Source: Paramoeba atlantica (Eukaryota > Protista > Discosea). From it: a DNA stretch of 64,000 nt. The DNA is taken from positions 682,001 through 746,000 of the forward strand of contig CDRNVI010000044.1 in the NCBI GenBank assembly GCA_977017575.1, read 5' to 3'. Positions 10,520 to 22,207 of this stretch are shown here, in pieces (within the stretch, counting starts at the first letter, position 1; the number at the start of each line of letters is the position of its first letter). The position numbers and the translations under genes were made by a program. A model generated the notes under the pieces. It saw only the letters and a list, made by a program, of their open reading frames with translations. It was not told where the DNA came from and ran no database searches.

Positions 10520-11367
10520 GGTTTGCCACCCCGTTTCTGATGGCGTTCACTGGGTGTGGAAGAGGCGTGGTGAACCACCTAGTTCCCGAACCGTCATAGG
10601 AACTCTGAAGTACGGTGGGGGGAGCATAATGGCGTGGGGGTGTTTGTCCAAAGATGGTGTTGTAACCATTCAAATCGTTCAAGGTAATATGGACGCCTCC
10701 CAGTACGACATACTAGCGGAGAGCCTTCCCGCCTCACTTCGAAAACTGGGTGACAACATGGACAACATTATCTTCCAGGAGGGTAATGACCCAAAACACA
10801 CTAGCAACATTGCAAAGGAGCATTTTGCTAGCGTGGGAGTTCAAGTTCTGGCTGGATGGCCCCCGTAGTCACCGGATTTAAACCCGATTGAGAATCTTTG
10901 GGGCCAACTAAAGGCAAAGCTAGGTGAAGTTGAACCGCCACCGGCGAATATCGGGGAGCGTGTGGACCTTTCCAAGAAAATGTGGGAGACCATATCCCCC
11001 TCATACTGCCGTACTCTGGTCGAAAGCATGCCGCGACGTATACAAGCGGTAATCAAGGCCAGGGGCGGTTACACAAAATATTGATGTAAGTATGTATCGA
11101 AAGAAGTAACTATTTTGATTTTTATTTCGTAACGCAAACCAAAACTATGATGGACACAAAAAACTGATCACATAGGAAAAGAGAGCAAAATATATTCCCA
11201 TTTGTTCAGAGCGTAAGCAATCAGACGGTAAAGCGAATGGTTACCGATATGGTGTAGAGGATTATATTACCACACCATAATATTAAGTAGAGGAATATGT
11301 TTAATAAAACTTTTTCTTTACAACAATGTTCAACGCGAAGAAGTGTGATCAGTTTCTTGGGATACTG
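10520..11367 (+). mobile_element. Tc1-like transposase DDE part (pseudogene) and probable right TIR
   Basis: DGVHWVWKRRGE, TLKYGGGSIMAWGC, WPP*SPDLNPIENLW, VESMPRRIQAVIKARGGYTKY (stop at 11084); end tgatcagtttcttgggatactg-TA. Confidence 0.88.
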
Positions 11368-11769
11368 TAGTTATTGAGATCAATGGGGAGCATTGCGGGT
11401 ATTGATACTTCTTCCTTTTCTAAAATTTCATCATCGACCGGATTTTTTTTCTAAATGTCTAGTGTGCTATTTTTTGTTTTTGGTCTACTTTCGGGTCACC
11501 ACCAGAGCACCAGGGGGTCCGTATGAAAAAAAGTCGCTGAAGCTCTTCGTTAGGGGATTGAGATCTCTCAAATGCTGCAAAAATGAACAAAAATGGATAA
11601 TTATTAGCCTAATTATTAGAATTTCTCTACCCATTACGCTCTGTAGCGTTGAATTGATGCGTGCGAGTGATTTCCCACACGCAAATAACAAAAATTTATA
11701 AGCCATGTATACGATATGACTACGTAGTTTACATTTCGCAATTAATCGAAAACGACTAGATACTTAATT

Positions 11770-12903
11770 TTATTTAGTTTTTGATCCATGCTGTGGTTTC
11801 TTGGGAACATATCCCACATCGTATATGTGTTCTTTGAGCCAATCCCTCCGTTCATCAATCGGTTTGACTAAACCACACCCTTTGTTACACCAACAAAAAG
11901 ATGAGTCATCGATATTTTGTAAGTGTACATTTATTTCACTATCAAAGTTGTATTGGGGTTCTGATGCAAGCAAACCATACACTGCAACAGATACAATCTG
12001 AACGGCATCCTTTACCCACGTAATATCGTGGTCCGTTCCATGAAAAAAACGAAATTTATCGAAATGAGCGAAACAACGCTCGATTCTTGAACGAATCCAA
12101 GAATGCATGCGGTTGAACCGATCCTGGTGTTCATCAAGGCAACCTTTGCGTGGTGCCTTGAATGGAACAAAACAGTGGTTGCAACCCACGTATCCTAGAT
12201 CCGCCAAAAACATTTCATCTTCATGATGGTCAAAAAGAAATGTTCCGTGCGTGATTCTTTCTTTATAAATTTTCGCATCATGTACACTGCCCGGAACGGG
12301 TCCGCGAAAAAAAATAGGGACTCCGGCAAGCGTAAGCCAGAACTCCACTTTAAAACAGTGTTCCCTGTGCTTGCCGGAGTAAGTCGCATCTCTATTTCTC
12401 ATTTCCTGAGAGGCTTCGTCCCATACGTCCCGCGGTTTCCTTGCACGACATGGGATTGTCGTGACGTCCATCATACATGTCACGTCAGACATCCAAGATA
12501 CCCCATGCTTGAAACGAAGTTTCGGATTCATTAAAGCACGAGAGCGGCAAAGATCAGCGATGCGGCTAAAGTCATTGCGGAGAGTCCTGATGGATAGAGG
12601 AGGAGTTTCGGGAGCAATCCACATGGGCTGTAAATCATACAGTTGTTCCCATGTGCAGTTCAAAGCGCACATAGCTAAGGAAGAGCTAAGGCGTCTGAGA
12701 TCAGTGTCCGTGGCGACAAGAGGACTTGCTCTCTGTAGCTCAAGAAAAAAATCTGTGAGTTGCTCTCTGGTAATGCCGTACATGATAGAATTGCAGGATA
12801 AAATAACGCCTAGAGAGAAAACAAAAAGTAAGATGACATTCATGGGTAGGATACCTAACTTATTCATGATACATATAAGATGACATTCATGGGTAAGATA
12901 CAT
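11770..12903 (-). mobile_element. DDE_Tnp_4 transposase (PIF/Harbinger-ISL2EU/IS5-like), uninterrupted ORF
   Basis: MDVTTIPC, YSGKHREHCFKVEF, GPVPGSVHDAKIY, LADLGYVG, PFKAP and FNRMHSWIRSRIERCF; no TIR found by eye. Confidence 0.88.
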
Positions 12904-12919
12904 AACTTATTCATGATAC
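12829..12919. repeat. ~47-bp tandem duplication at the 5' end of the transposase ORF
   Basis: aagatgacattcatgggta.gatac.taacttattcatgataca occurs twice. Confidence 0.85.
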
Positions 12920-13067
12920 AAGATGCATGATATCTAAAAAAAGAATGATATATAAAGGTTAGCACTTCAAACTTCAAAAAAAACGAGCTTATCACTTCTC
13001 TTGAATTACAACTCTTTTTCTCTTACGTACGCTTTGTGCGGGAAACGTTCGCTTCTGCGAGGGAAAA

Positions 13068-13732
13068 CTAAAGGGAAGGAAAGCGCATCACGCGAGAGGA
13101 ACGTGGCTTCAAAGAGGCTTCCCCAAGCGAAGGTTGAGGGAGCGAGGAAGGTTGAGTGCGCAAGTTGGGTGAAGAGATCACCGTAGAAGAAAGGGATTCC
13201 TCTGCTACGTTTTCTTTACCCTGGCCACTCTTCCGTTTGCGCCACAGAGTGCATGATCTGGAACGCTTTCCTGAAACAGAACACCACACGTTCTCCACGA
13301 ACTCTCCCACAGCTCCTTCATGAGGAGGGGCGCAGAGAGGGTTCTGTTCCAAGAAAGCTTCCAGATCACGCGTCGCCTCTGCAAGGAAGTAGACCCCTCG
13401 TGGCAGACAATCCAAGAGAAGGTGTCCTCGGCGCTCCACAAGGTGGAAGATGACACGCTGCAGCACTTGGGAGCTAACCTCCACGCCACACACAGAGCGT
13501 GTGGCATGTAAGTAGCTGTCCATCGTGCGCGATACGCGCCTCATGCATTCTTCCACCTTGGCTCCCAACTCCTCCTCAGTGACAACGAGCGCTGGGGGGC
13601 GAAAGGAGTTTTGCGCTTCGTGAAGGTGCGCATAAGCGATGCGACAATGACGTCGTATACGTCATCATCCCTCGCAGATGTTACCTTCATACGTGAAGTG
13701 AAATCTTCGTTGCTCTCAACAGGGCTCATCAT
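13068..13732 (-). CDS. Hypothetical protein, probably one gene with a frameshift at a G6 run (13594-13599)
   Basis: ORFs 13541-13732 and 13068-13568 join as RKTPFAP/PALVVTEEELGAKVEE; GC-rich, coding-like, co-oriented. Confidence 0.45.
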
Positions 13733-14186
13733 ATAAAAAGGAGGATAATGTAAAAGAATTATGCATGTATTGTGGAGGGTATATTAATTGTACATTTGAT
13801 TTGTGTAATGCATACACCGTTCGTATACAACACCGTATACAGCGTACACCGTATTTTCACAGTAAGGCGGCTATGTACGGTAACAAACTACAAAAACTAC
13901 ACTTTAAGCTACTTTGTACGTGTACAATCCATTTTTTGGGGCTAAAATAGACCTCGTTCGACCTCAAATGTAAAGCGCGGGTTCGGTGCGGGTTCGGTGC
14001 GGGTTCGGTGATGCACACCCGCAGCCCCTCATTTGATTTGTTCACAGGTGTATTACTGTGTTCCTCCTAATATTTTCACTGTTCTTACTCACTTCGTTTT
14101 CAATAATCGAGGGTAGAGCGGTAGTTTTACAACCACCGGAACTCCCGATTACTTATCTGCTTCGAAAGTAAAACTTTAGAAAAATA

Positions 14187-16022
14187 CAGTATGCCCCCCC
14201 CAGTAAGAGAATGGGTTTTTGGTCGAAATGGCGAAATCTCTCTTACTTGGGGGGTATGCTTTTTTGGCGAGTTTCCTTTTTTCTCCCAACTTTTTTTCTC
14301 TGTTTTCTTCTGAAAACGTGTTAAAACGCTATTTGGGTTACCCCCGAGGCCCCCAACATGACACCCACCCCCTACCCCCTATACAGGGGGGGCCACGAAA
14401 ACTGACTAGCTTCGTATTTTAGCCTCGTGAGGCCGTTTGAGCCAATTTTTGTTGCAAACGAGAGATCTCGTTCTGAATATCGTGTCTACGCTATTTAGAA
14501 CTCGTTTGTACAAACCTGATATTTTGCATTTCGAAAATACTGAAATTTAAGACGATTTATTTTGCAAAAAGCATAAAAAATAGTAAAAAAGTTGGTTTTC
14601 TCTTTTTTTTTCTTCACTATGGGCAAGCGGCATAGATTAAACCGTCGCCAATTGTCCCCAGAGCAGTCTTCGTATTCCATACGCATTGTTTGCGCACACG
14701 AAAGACATCGTGGTACAAGTATTGAAGACACGGCACGAATGATGAACTGTTCTGAGAGCTCTGTCTATCGGTACTAGGCACGTTTTGATGAGTCAGGTGA
14801 CGTGGCACGTGCGAGCTACTCGAGCGATAATGCCGTTGATACGGAGGAATTCCGTGCTATGCTCTGTACCCTTGTTGATGATGAGAAAGACACGCCATTC
14901 GTGTGTCCGGGGTTTAAATGGGTACACAAGAGAGTGGACAAGACACTTTATCCTTGTAGTCTGAACACCGTAAAACGGAGTTTGAAAAGGATGGGATACG
15001 TCATTAAGACTATGTCACACAAACCTTTCTTAACTGCTGAGCACAAGGCTGCCTGATTACAACTTGCTGATTACTTCGATGGATGGAGTCCAGATCAGCT
15101 GTCCCGTGTGGTATGGTGTGACGAGAAGATTTTCCGATGTGGTTCACATGGGAAAAAAATCACATATCTTGCAAAAATCACTGACCCCCCCAAGGAAACA
15201 CCAGTAGAAATGGATAGGTGGTACGGGGGGAAGGGAGTGCATGTATTCATGGCAACCAGTCTGCGTTGGGAAGTACCCGATGCGTGTTTCCACGAGTTTT
15301 CCCAGAATGAAACCGTAACAAACGAAGTTTTTCTGAGAACAATGAAGAAGCGAAATGGGGTTTTTAACTGGATGCATCGGCGGCCGGGGGCTGCTGTTGT
15401 CCTTGACAATGCGCCAGGGCACGGGGCAGCCCGGAGAATAGGTAAGCTGGAAGGAATTAAAATTATTGACTGGCCTTCGAAATCTCCTGATCTCAATTTG
15501 ATTAAGAATTTGTGGAGTATGATGGATAAGTACATCCACACCCATCTTCGTCCGAAAAATGGAACGGAATTGCAAACTGCTATTCCTAAGGCGAAGGACT
15601 ACTTGTTGGCAGAGTGTCACGAGGCGTATGTGAACACGTTACAGAGTCTTCCCACACGCCTCGCAAACTCTACGTGAGCGTGGAGGTGGGAATACTGGAT
15701 ATTAAGACTTAGTTTCTACCGCGAAAGGCCAAAAATTACTATTTTGCGCTCTTTTTTCAATTTGCAAAATCTCAAAAATTTCAGTTTTTCGACCCATGGG
15801 AAAGGCTTGCTTTCATCAGTTTTTGTATTCTAAATAGCGTAGACACGATGTTCAGAACGAGATCTCTCGTTTGCAACAAAAATTAGCTCAAACGGCCTCA
15901 CGAGGCTAAAATGCGAAGCTAGTCAGTTTTCGTGGCACCCCCTGTATATTCGCCTCCTGTGGGGCTCCCGAGCCAAATCTCTCTTACTGGGGGGGGGAGT
16001 ACCTTACTGGGGGGATATACGG
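14187..16022. mobile_element. Outer TA-flanked TIR element (same terminal family as 3511-4834)
   Basis: TA-cagtatgccccccccagtaag ... cttactggggggatatacgg-TA. Confidence 0.7.
14384..15944 (+). mobile_element. Tc1/IS630-like transposon with ~110-bp TIRs and TA TSD; transposase decayed (~14620-15677)
   Basis: TA-cagggggggccacgaaaactgactagcttcg... mirrored at ~15830-15944; motifs VVWCDEK, VLDNAPGH and WPSKSPDLNLIKNLW, with stops at ~14775 and ~15054. Confidence 0.92.
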
Positions 16023-16368
16023 TAACTGTTTTGTATTTCTACTCGTGTACGTATTTACTTAGGTGATGTATTTCGTGTATCTTCGCAGTATTGTCAAATA
16101 AATGGTTCTTAGGGAGTTTCCTCGCACGTACATTTAATGTTGGGATAAGGTTTTCGCACTGCAATAAACAGTAGCACTCGAAACTGCGAATTTCGACCAA
16201 GCTTTCCTAAAGATTTCTGTAACTTTTTTCTCCGTTCTCCAACTGCAGGTGGTGTTGAATGATCAAGGAGTGACCTTGGAACTTTTCCTAGGGAAGATAT
16301 TATTACACCGAACATCATGTTTTGTGACATTCACGTATTCATGAAACTATAGTAGCACGTGCATAGCA

Positions 16369-17223
16369 CTAACATACTGCGAAAGGAATTATGATCCTGC
16401 CGATTGAAATCTGCGGCTGCTCCACAAGACAGACACTACTTTCCTCTGTCATATGATCCGTTAGCATCACTTTCCCTTCCCATATCCCAGGAGAGTTGTC
16501 AAGCGGCAGTGAACGGCGAATCGACAGCTCCCAAGGAATACAACTCTCCTCCTCATTCTGAGACTTTGTTCCGTTCTTCTGGCTTTCGTATTGGTGTCCA
16601 CGTCCACTCGGCAGAAAGGTACCGGGAAGGCACGAGTTAGACCTAGTTAGTTTCGGATTCAATCGAAATGTTACGGGCAAAAGCGTTAATGAGTCAAGCA
16701 GATCATACCCCATTCCTTCATTAAAACCGTGGTACTCCACAGTATGCTCTTTGTTTGGACTGGTTAAGTGTAACTTAAATCGTACGTGCTGAAGATTCGG
16801 TAGATATTTCTTCTTTGTCGACCCCGTGATATTAAATAATACGATTTTTCCAGTAGAAGCAGAGAGTCTTTTCCTTTCTTCAAAGGGATACCCATTGGTA
16901 GAATGCAGGTATTTGAGCGATACATTTTCTAGTATTCCAACTTTAACATCAAGGATATAGATAAGACCATCGGAAAACATGCATTTTTCGGCAATGTTTA
17001 GTTTAGAGAATGAACTGTCGTGTATACTCTTTTGGCACCGATAATTTATTTTTCTAGTAGAACACGTATAAGCAGAGTAACCTAGGATATTATATAATCC
17101 TGTCTGGTGCTCATGATGGCACCAGGAAATGCAACACATAAAGATTGCGAGAAGCGTGGCGCAAAGAAATGTTTTGATCGAAGGACCCAACGTTTTCAAA
17201 TGTCGACTTGTCTCTGTTTTCAT
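16369..17223 (-). CDS. Hypothetical protein with an N-terminal hydrophobic segment
   Basis: 284-aa co-oriented ORF; FLCATLLAIFMCCISWC hydrophobic stretch; no family recognised. Confidence 0.55.
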   Translation of the reverse strand: MKTETSRHLKTLGPSIKTFLCATLLAIFMCCISWCHHEHQTGLYNILGYSAYTCSTRKINYRCQKSIHDSSFSKLNIAEKCMFSDGLIYILDVKVGILENVSLKYLHSTNGYPFEERKRLSASTGKIVLFNITGSTKKKYLPNLQHVRFKLHLTSPNKEHTVEYHGFNEGMGYDLLDSLTLLPVTFRLNPKLTRSNSCLPGTFLPSGRGHQYESQKNGTKSQNEEESCIPWELSIRRSLPLDNSPGIWEGKVMLTDHMTEESSVCLVEQPQISIGRIIIPFAVC

Positions 17224-17582
17224 TTTACTTCAGTATTTTGAAATTTGTGTACCTCGCAAGCTGGATTTCACAGGGCTCATCTATCAGATAATTGATTAGA
17301 CTTATTATACTTAAACTAATTGTTATAATTAGTTGAGAAAAAAATCAACAAAAAAGATGGTGTAGAGGTAAACTAAATGTATGAGTAGTACTGTTGTGAA
17401 ACATTTTCCTGAAAACCTATTTAACAGTGCCGTTCTCCTAGGTCCTGGGTTCGAAACTTTAACATCCCCCCGACATACTTAATTAACCTGTCTCACCTCA
17501 TCTGTCTCACCTCAGACTGTCTCACCTCATCTGACTGGAAGAGTGCATGTCAACACGCACCATGTTGGGTGAAGTGCGTTGA

Positions 17583-18476
17583 TCAGCTTTTGAGACATTT
17601 TGCTTGCCTAATCAATACGTGAAGATCTTGAATATTATCCAATATTGTTTTTTGTTTCGTATTCTCACACCCTTCACCATTAGCACGATTGCCAGCGGGT
17701 ACATCATGTAGCCCCTCAGTCCAAATAAGGTGAAGAGGGTGGATAAGGAAATCGCTCAATGCAAGCAAGGTAAATTGTGGACGGGAATCATAATTCTTGT
17801 GATTCCTAGTGCACTTCCGTAGGGCAGAAATTGCTTCTACTTCAGGTGGCGCAAATAACATTAATATACATGTATCATGCAATTGTCCCGTGTTATTCCT
17901 ACTTTGTATATTTCCGTTTAAAGTAGAGTGCTCTGAATCACAACTTTGTTGCATAATGGCTGGTGTGTTCAAAGGAAATACAGAAGCACTATTTGGTGCC
18001 ACGACTTCTGAAAACCGAGTCCGTACCAACAAATTGGCGAGATCACATTCATCCCGCTCATGACCCATTCTTTTGCGTGCGCGGCGCCTAGCAGAAATCA
18101 TTGGAGACGTGATTCTAAGTCCTACGTCACGCATGCGTTCCAAAATACTAATAATTTCATGTCTTTTTACTTGCTCTCTGTTAATTTTTTCCTTGCAATG
18201 CATGGTAAGATGCACTTCAGATAAGGATTTCGCCTCGTGATAGATAATCAAAAGGTTATCCTCATACACTTTATCGAGACCACGCAATGTGGTGTGGCAG
18301 CCTTTAATAGGGTCGGTATATTGATTATCCTCGTGGAAGTGATGTGGGACAGTGCTTTCAAGCAAACTTGAAGGCGGGTGACGGGAATCTATTGAATTGA
18401 AAGAAAAGGTGTGCGCATTTCGCGTAAGGTGATGACGACGAAAAAGATTACTACTATATCTGCGCAAGAGAGCCAT
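17583..18476 (-). CDS. Hypothetical protein, possible mitochondrial presequence
   Basis: 297-aa co-oriented ORF starting MALLRRYSSNLFRRHHLTR. Confidence 0.65.
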   Translation of the reverse strand: MALLRRYSSNLFRRHHLTRNAHTFSFNSIDSRHPPSSLLESTVPHHFHEDNQYTDPIKGCHTTLRGLDKVYEDNLLIIYHEAKSLSEVHLTMHCKEKINREQVKRHEIISILERMRDVGLRITSPMISARRRARKRMGHERDECDLANLLVRTRFSEVVAPNSASVFPLNTPAIMQQSCDSEHSTLNGNIQSRNNTGQLHDTCILMLFAPPEVEAISALRKCTRNHKNYDSRPQFTLLALSDFLIHPLHLIWTEGLHDVPAGNRANGEGCENTKQKTILDNIQDLHVLIRQAKCLKS

Positions 18477-18630
18477 TGTCCATTTTTCAGATAAGGCAGA
18501 ACTACATGTACGATAAAAAAAAACTAGTTAAAAACAACGAGTCAAACGCATCACTATGTTTCGAAGAAAGAAATCGAACTTCCCACAAATAAGTTGTATA
18601 AAATAAAATATGAATAGAATTATTATAATA

Positions 18631-19565
18631 AACCCCGCGTCATGAAAAGTGACCCCCACTTTTTTTTGTACAAGCGTCCGTTTGAGCTGATTTTTGTTGC
18701 ATTTTACAGATCTCAACGCAAAGACTTTGCGCGTGAAGAAACAAAACAAAAAGAAGCGATACGTATATTTTTGAGAAGAATCACCATTTTGTCACTTTTT
18801 CGCCTTTCAATCTTATACACTTATTACCTATGTAAGGCGTGAGTCAAAACTTAAGACCGTATTGTGGATCACATTTCGAGAAAACAAGACCACGTTTTGC
18901 GTACCCAACGGATGAGTGAAGGCTTATCCGATGGGGTCTGTTCGTCCACTGCCCCTTAGCCCATAGACCAGACGTTTTCTGTTAAGAAAGATCTGGTGAG
19001 TCTGCGGACCAATTTTTTTGAAGTTCACTCATTGTGCTTTTAATGTACTCTTTGGAGGCACGGGCAGTTTTTGACGTTGCCCCATCTTGTTGAAATATAC
19101 GATGAGGGGGAAATCTACGTCGCTTAATGTTTATACGTACGTCATACTCGTAATACATGTGTCATCTTGTAGAATAATCAAATACCTCCACCCTACCCCA
19201 ATAGCCCCCCAAGCTTAGTACCCTGGACCCCAACGTACTTTTTGACGCGTGGCTGCTTCTTGACCGCGCCTTACCCACATATTTGTTGTGCTATCGTTTG
19301 TATCTCCATGTCTCATCTGCAAAGGAACATTTCCACTATCAGTAAGCCCCTCTCTTGGGAGCCAATGTGATGATTTGGGCATCTTTGAAAGAAAAGGGTG
19401 AAAAATCAATTCTATTTTCTTGATATTTTTTTGTGTTTCAAAATGAGCTAAAAACAGCGGGAACATACAGATCTCAAAATTTTGAACGGAAAAGTGGTAC
19501 GATAACCCTGCCATGCTCTCTCGTGCAAAAAATAAGGGGGGGTCACTTATTGGTGACGCGGGGTT
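18631..19565 (-). mobile_element. Internally deleted Tc1-like transposon, TA TSD
   Basis: TA-aaccccgcgtca..aagtgacccc inverted at gggggtcactt..tgacgcggggtt-TA; minus-strand relics GAIGVGWRYL, QQDGATSKTARAS and WSADSPDLS.TENVWS. Confidence 0.82.
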
Positions 19566-19736
19566 TACAATGTAAGTAAAAGCGTACCTGCAAAAAGGCA
19601 AATAATAGAAGAATAATAATATAAAGGTGCCACTTTCGCCAGTGAAAAGTTAGTTTTACATGTGATAATATCTATAATTTATTAGAATGTAATTTAGCTT
19701 AAATCTTTCTTCGAAGGAAAGTTATAATAGAGCGAA

Positions 19737-21836
19737 TTATTTTTCTCTTAACTTTGTTACAAGATCATTGTTCTGCCATGCGGAGCTGGCTTTCTTCGTA
19801 GTCTTCATCAAGCGAGTTTGCCACTTTCGCCTATGCTCGTCAGCATTTTCATCTTGTAGAGGCGGAAAGCGGTCATCTGAACAATTAACTGTGTCGGGGT
19901 TACTGAAGCTCCGCAATTTTGAACTTAGTGCTGGTACGGATAAACGCGTTTGAGTTTGTGTATCTACGGCTGACACGCTTTCACTATTCCAAGGAGATCT
20001 ATTCCCAGACGCCCATTTTCCTTTGAGCAATTGACCAGAACCCGCACGGATCGTTTCCTTTCTTATATGGTCTTCCGAAAGAAAATTCTTTTTTTCGTAA
20101 TGCTGATCAAATAAATGCACAGGAGTTCCAAAAGCAGGGGTTTCAGCAGTCGAGTGCACGACGGTTGATTGCGACTGTGGGAAACCACTGCGATGTGATT
20201 TAGTACCATCAACGGCGACATCCTTGTAACAGCAGGACATGACGGATCGTTCACGTGCTTCATGGTCTTCCAAAGGCAAAATACTCGAGCCTTTACCCCA
20301 TTCAAAAGAGTGGTCAGTGCTGTGTAACGTGCGTATCGCCTCTCGTCGCATGTCATCAGGGATGGACGAAATAATTGATGGAAAAGCTATCGCGGTGTTC
20401 GTCCCAAAGATTTTTTTCGAACTGTCGTAAAACTCTTTACTTTTCATCTCTCCTCTAATATACTTTGAGCATATTTGGCGATATTCCTCAAACCTCCCAT
20501 CCTTTTTGAGCAAACGTTCGATTAGTCGCGAACTCTCTTGCAATTCTTTTGAGTCACCCTTCCCATTTTTTAAAAGGGAATTCTTGGAACTTGAGTCACC
20601 GAGGCCTTCCGACACTGAGTTTAGATTGCTAACGAACTTGTGAGAAGTCATAGAATCCGATTCTGATGGTGGAGATCTTGTGCTTTGTGGTGCCCTCCAC
20701 AGCAGAACTTCTTTCTGATAAGTCCCGAAATCGAAGATAACTAGATTTCGTTTTGCCTCCTCAATCGTCATTCGCTGCAGTCCTGGAGTCAACCCGTGCT
20801 TTATAGCAACTTTATTTTGATGGTCAGAAGAGAAACCAAAGCGAAATCCAAAACTATCAGCTTGCAATTGATTTTGACGCGAAGGTTTGACACCATGAAA
20901 CTGAGTCATATGAGCGTGTAGGTCTATGGAGCTTCCGAAGGCACGAAGCATCATTTCTTGTTGCATACAGTCGGGGTGCTTACACACGTAATGATCTTTC
21001 TCAAAATGTTTGTATAAGAAATGAGGTGCGGCAAAATACCGGTTTGGGATATCAGCTGAATGGCAAAACTCACAGAGAAAATGACGCTCATGCATATGAG
21101 ATGCGAACGTATCGGTGTCATACAAGTAAGACCTACAGAAGTGGCACCGTAGATGACCACGAAAAGCTTTGTCGTCGAAAGAGCTGCGCCCCTCTTTGTG
21201 AAGTTCCAGCTCAGCGGGAGTATAAACACGCTGTTCAGCAAGAAAAGCCGAGCTATGCTGCAGACAAATGTCGCAATACGATACGCTGTGTTCGTGCATT
21301 AAATGATTTTTCAGTGCATCAATCGAAAAAAAAGGAGATTGTTTGCCCTGCCACCAGCATCGCTTTTTTGGGCATAGGGGTAAGCGCAACAGGTCGACGC
21401 TTTTTAGGATGCCTTCACGATCGTAAAAGAAGTCCAATTCCTTATCATATTTATAGCGCAACTTTTCCTTTTCTTTGTACAAGTCAAGTGATTCAGGAGA
21501 GTTGTCGTCACTCCTTGCAATGAGAAGGTCGTCTCGGAGGCGCTGCACAATGTCACTTGGACATGGCGGTTGTGTGCGCAACGTATCTTCAAAGTTCAGA
21601 GTAGTTTCATCAATACAAATAGGATAAAGAGTCAAATAAATCTTCGGACTTTTGGCCCGACATAGTGGACATTGTGTGTCGCCCATTTTTCGTACTCGTA
21701 GGGCACAGACGTAGCAACAATAGTGACCGCATGGGTAGGCCGCAAAGATTTGAATAGATTTACGACAAATGGCACACTCGGTCCCTGATGTTGCGTGCGT
21801 GGAACTCATACCAATAAAATATAATAAAAAGATCAA
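19737..21836 (-). CDS. HEL2: Ribosome quality-control RING E3 ligase Hel2/ZNF598
   Basis: CAIC..PCGHYCCYVCALRVR..CPLC RING followed by C2H2 array, GHLRCHFC and HFEKDHYVC. Confidence 0.88.
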   Translation of the reverse strand: MIFLLYFIGMSSTHATSGTECAICRKSIQIFAAYPCGHYCCYVCALRVRKMGDTQCPLCRAKSPKIYLTLYPICIDETTLNFEDTLRTQPPCPSDIVQRLRDDLLIARSDDNSPESLDLYKEKEKLRYKYDKELDFFYDREGILKSVDLLRLPLCPKKRCWWQGKQSPFFSIDALKNHLMHEHSVSYCDICLQHSSAFLAEQRVYTPAELELHKEGRSSFDDKAFRGHLRCHFCRSYLYDTDTFASHMHERHFLCEFCHSADIPNRYFAAPHFLYKHFEKDHYVCKHPDCMQQEMMLRAFGSSIDLHAHMTQFHGVKPSRQNQLQADSFGFRFGFSSDHQNKVAIKHGLTPGLQRMTIEEAKRNLVIFDFGTYQKEVLLWRAPQSTRSPPSESDSMTSHKFVSNLNSVSEGLGDSSSKNSLLKNGKGDSKELQESSRLIERLLKKDGRFEEYRQICSKYIRGEMKSKEFYDSSKKIFGTNTAIAFPSIISSIPDDMRREAIRTLHSTDHSFEWGKGSSILPLEDHEARERSVMSCCYKDVAVDGTKSHRSGFPQSQSTVVHSTAETPAFGTPVHLFDQHYEKKNFLSEDHIRKETIRAGSGQLLKGKWASGNRSPWNSESVSAVDTQTQTRLSVPALSSKLRSFSNPDTVNCSDDRFPPLQDENADEHRRKWQTRLMKTTKKASSAWQNNDLVTKLREK

Positions 21837-22207
21837 GCAAGTGAATGTAGATAAATATTTCGCTGCATTAACAACTTTTCTCCAGAGCTACTAAATGTCT
21901 GGACTATAAGTGCATGACCGTCAACACCGTTGAGGAGTCTCAATACATAAGTGTCGTATGATAAATAGACTGCAATAAGTATCAACCATCTCAATCTGTG
22001 TTGAATTCAAGTTGAATTATTCAACAGAGCACACCTGTGAGGAACATTTGTGATCTACATGTATACCTCGGTACTACTACACATGGGGATTGTAGCACTC
22101 TAATGTGTACCCTTGCTATGATGGGCACTGGTTTATCGCAATGAAGTGCAAGAATTCTAATTCAATTTCCTGTCTTTAATCGGTAGCAGATTGCACCGTA
22201 TTTTGAA

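Noticed and set aside
13976-14010. Small tandem repeats (gcgggttcggt x3; also ~17488-17532, ~26627-26667, ~43684-43725)
   Set aside because: Short local slippage duplications with no further structure.
17441-17460. tRNA (ggtcctgggttcgaaac resembles a T-arm/B-box)
   Set aside because: No acceptor stem, D-arm or anticodon arm can be folded.
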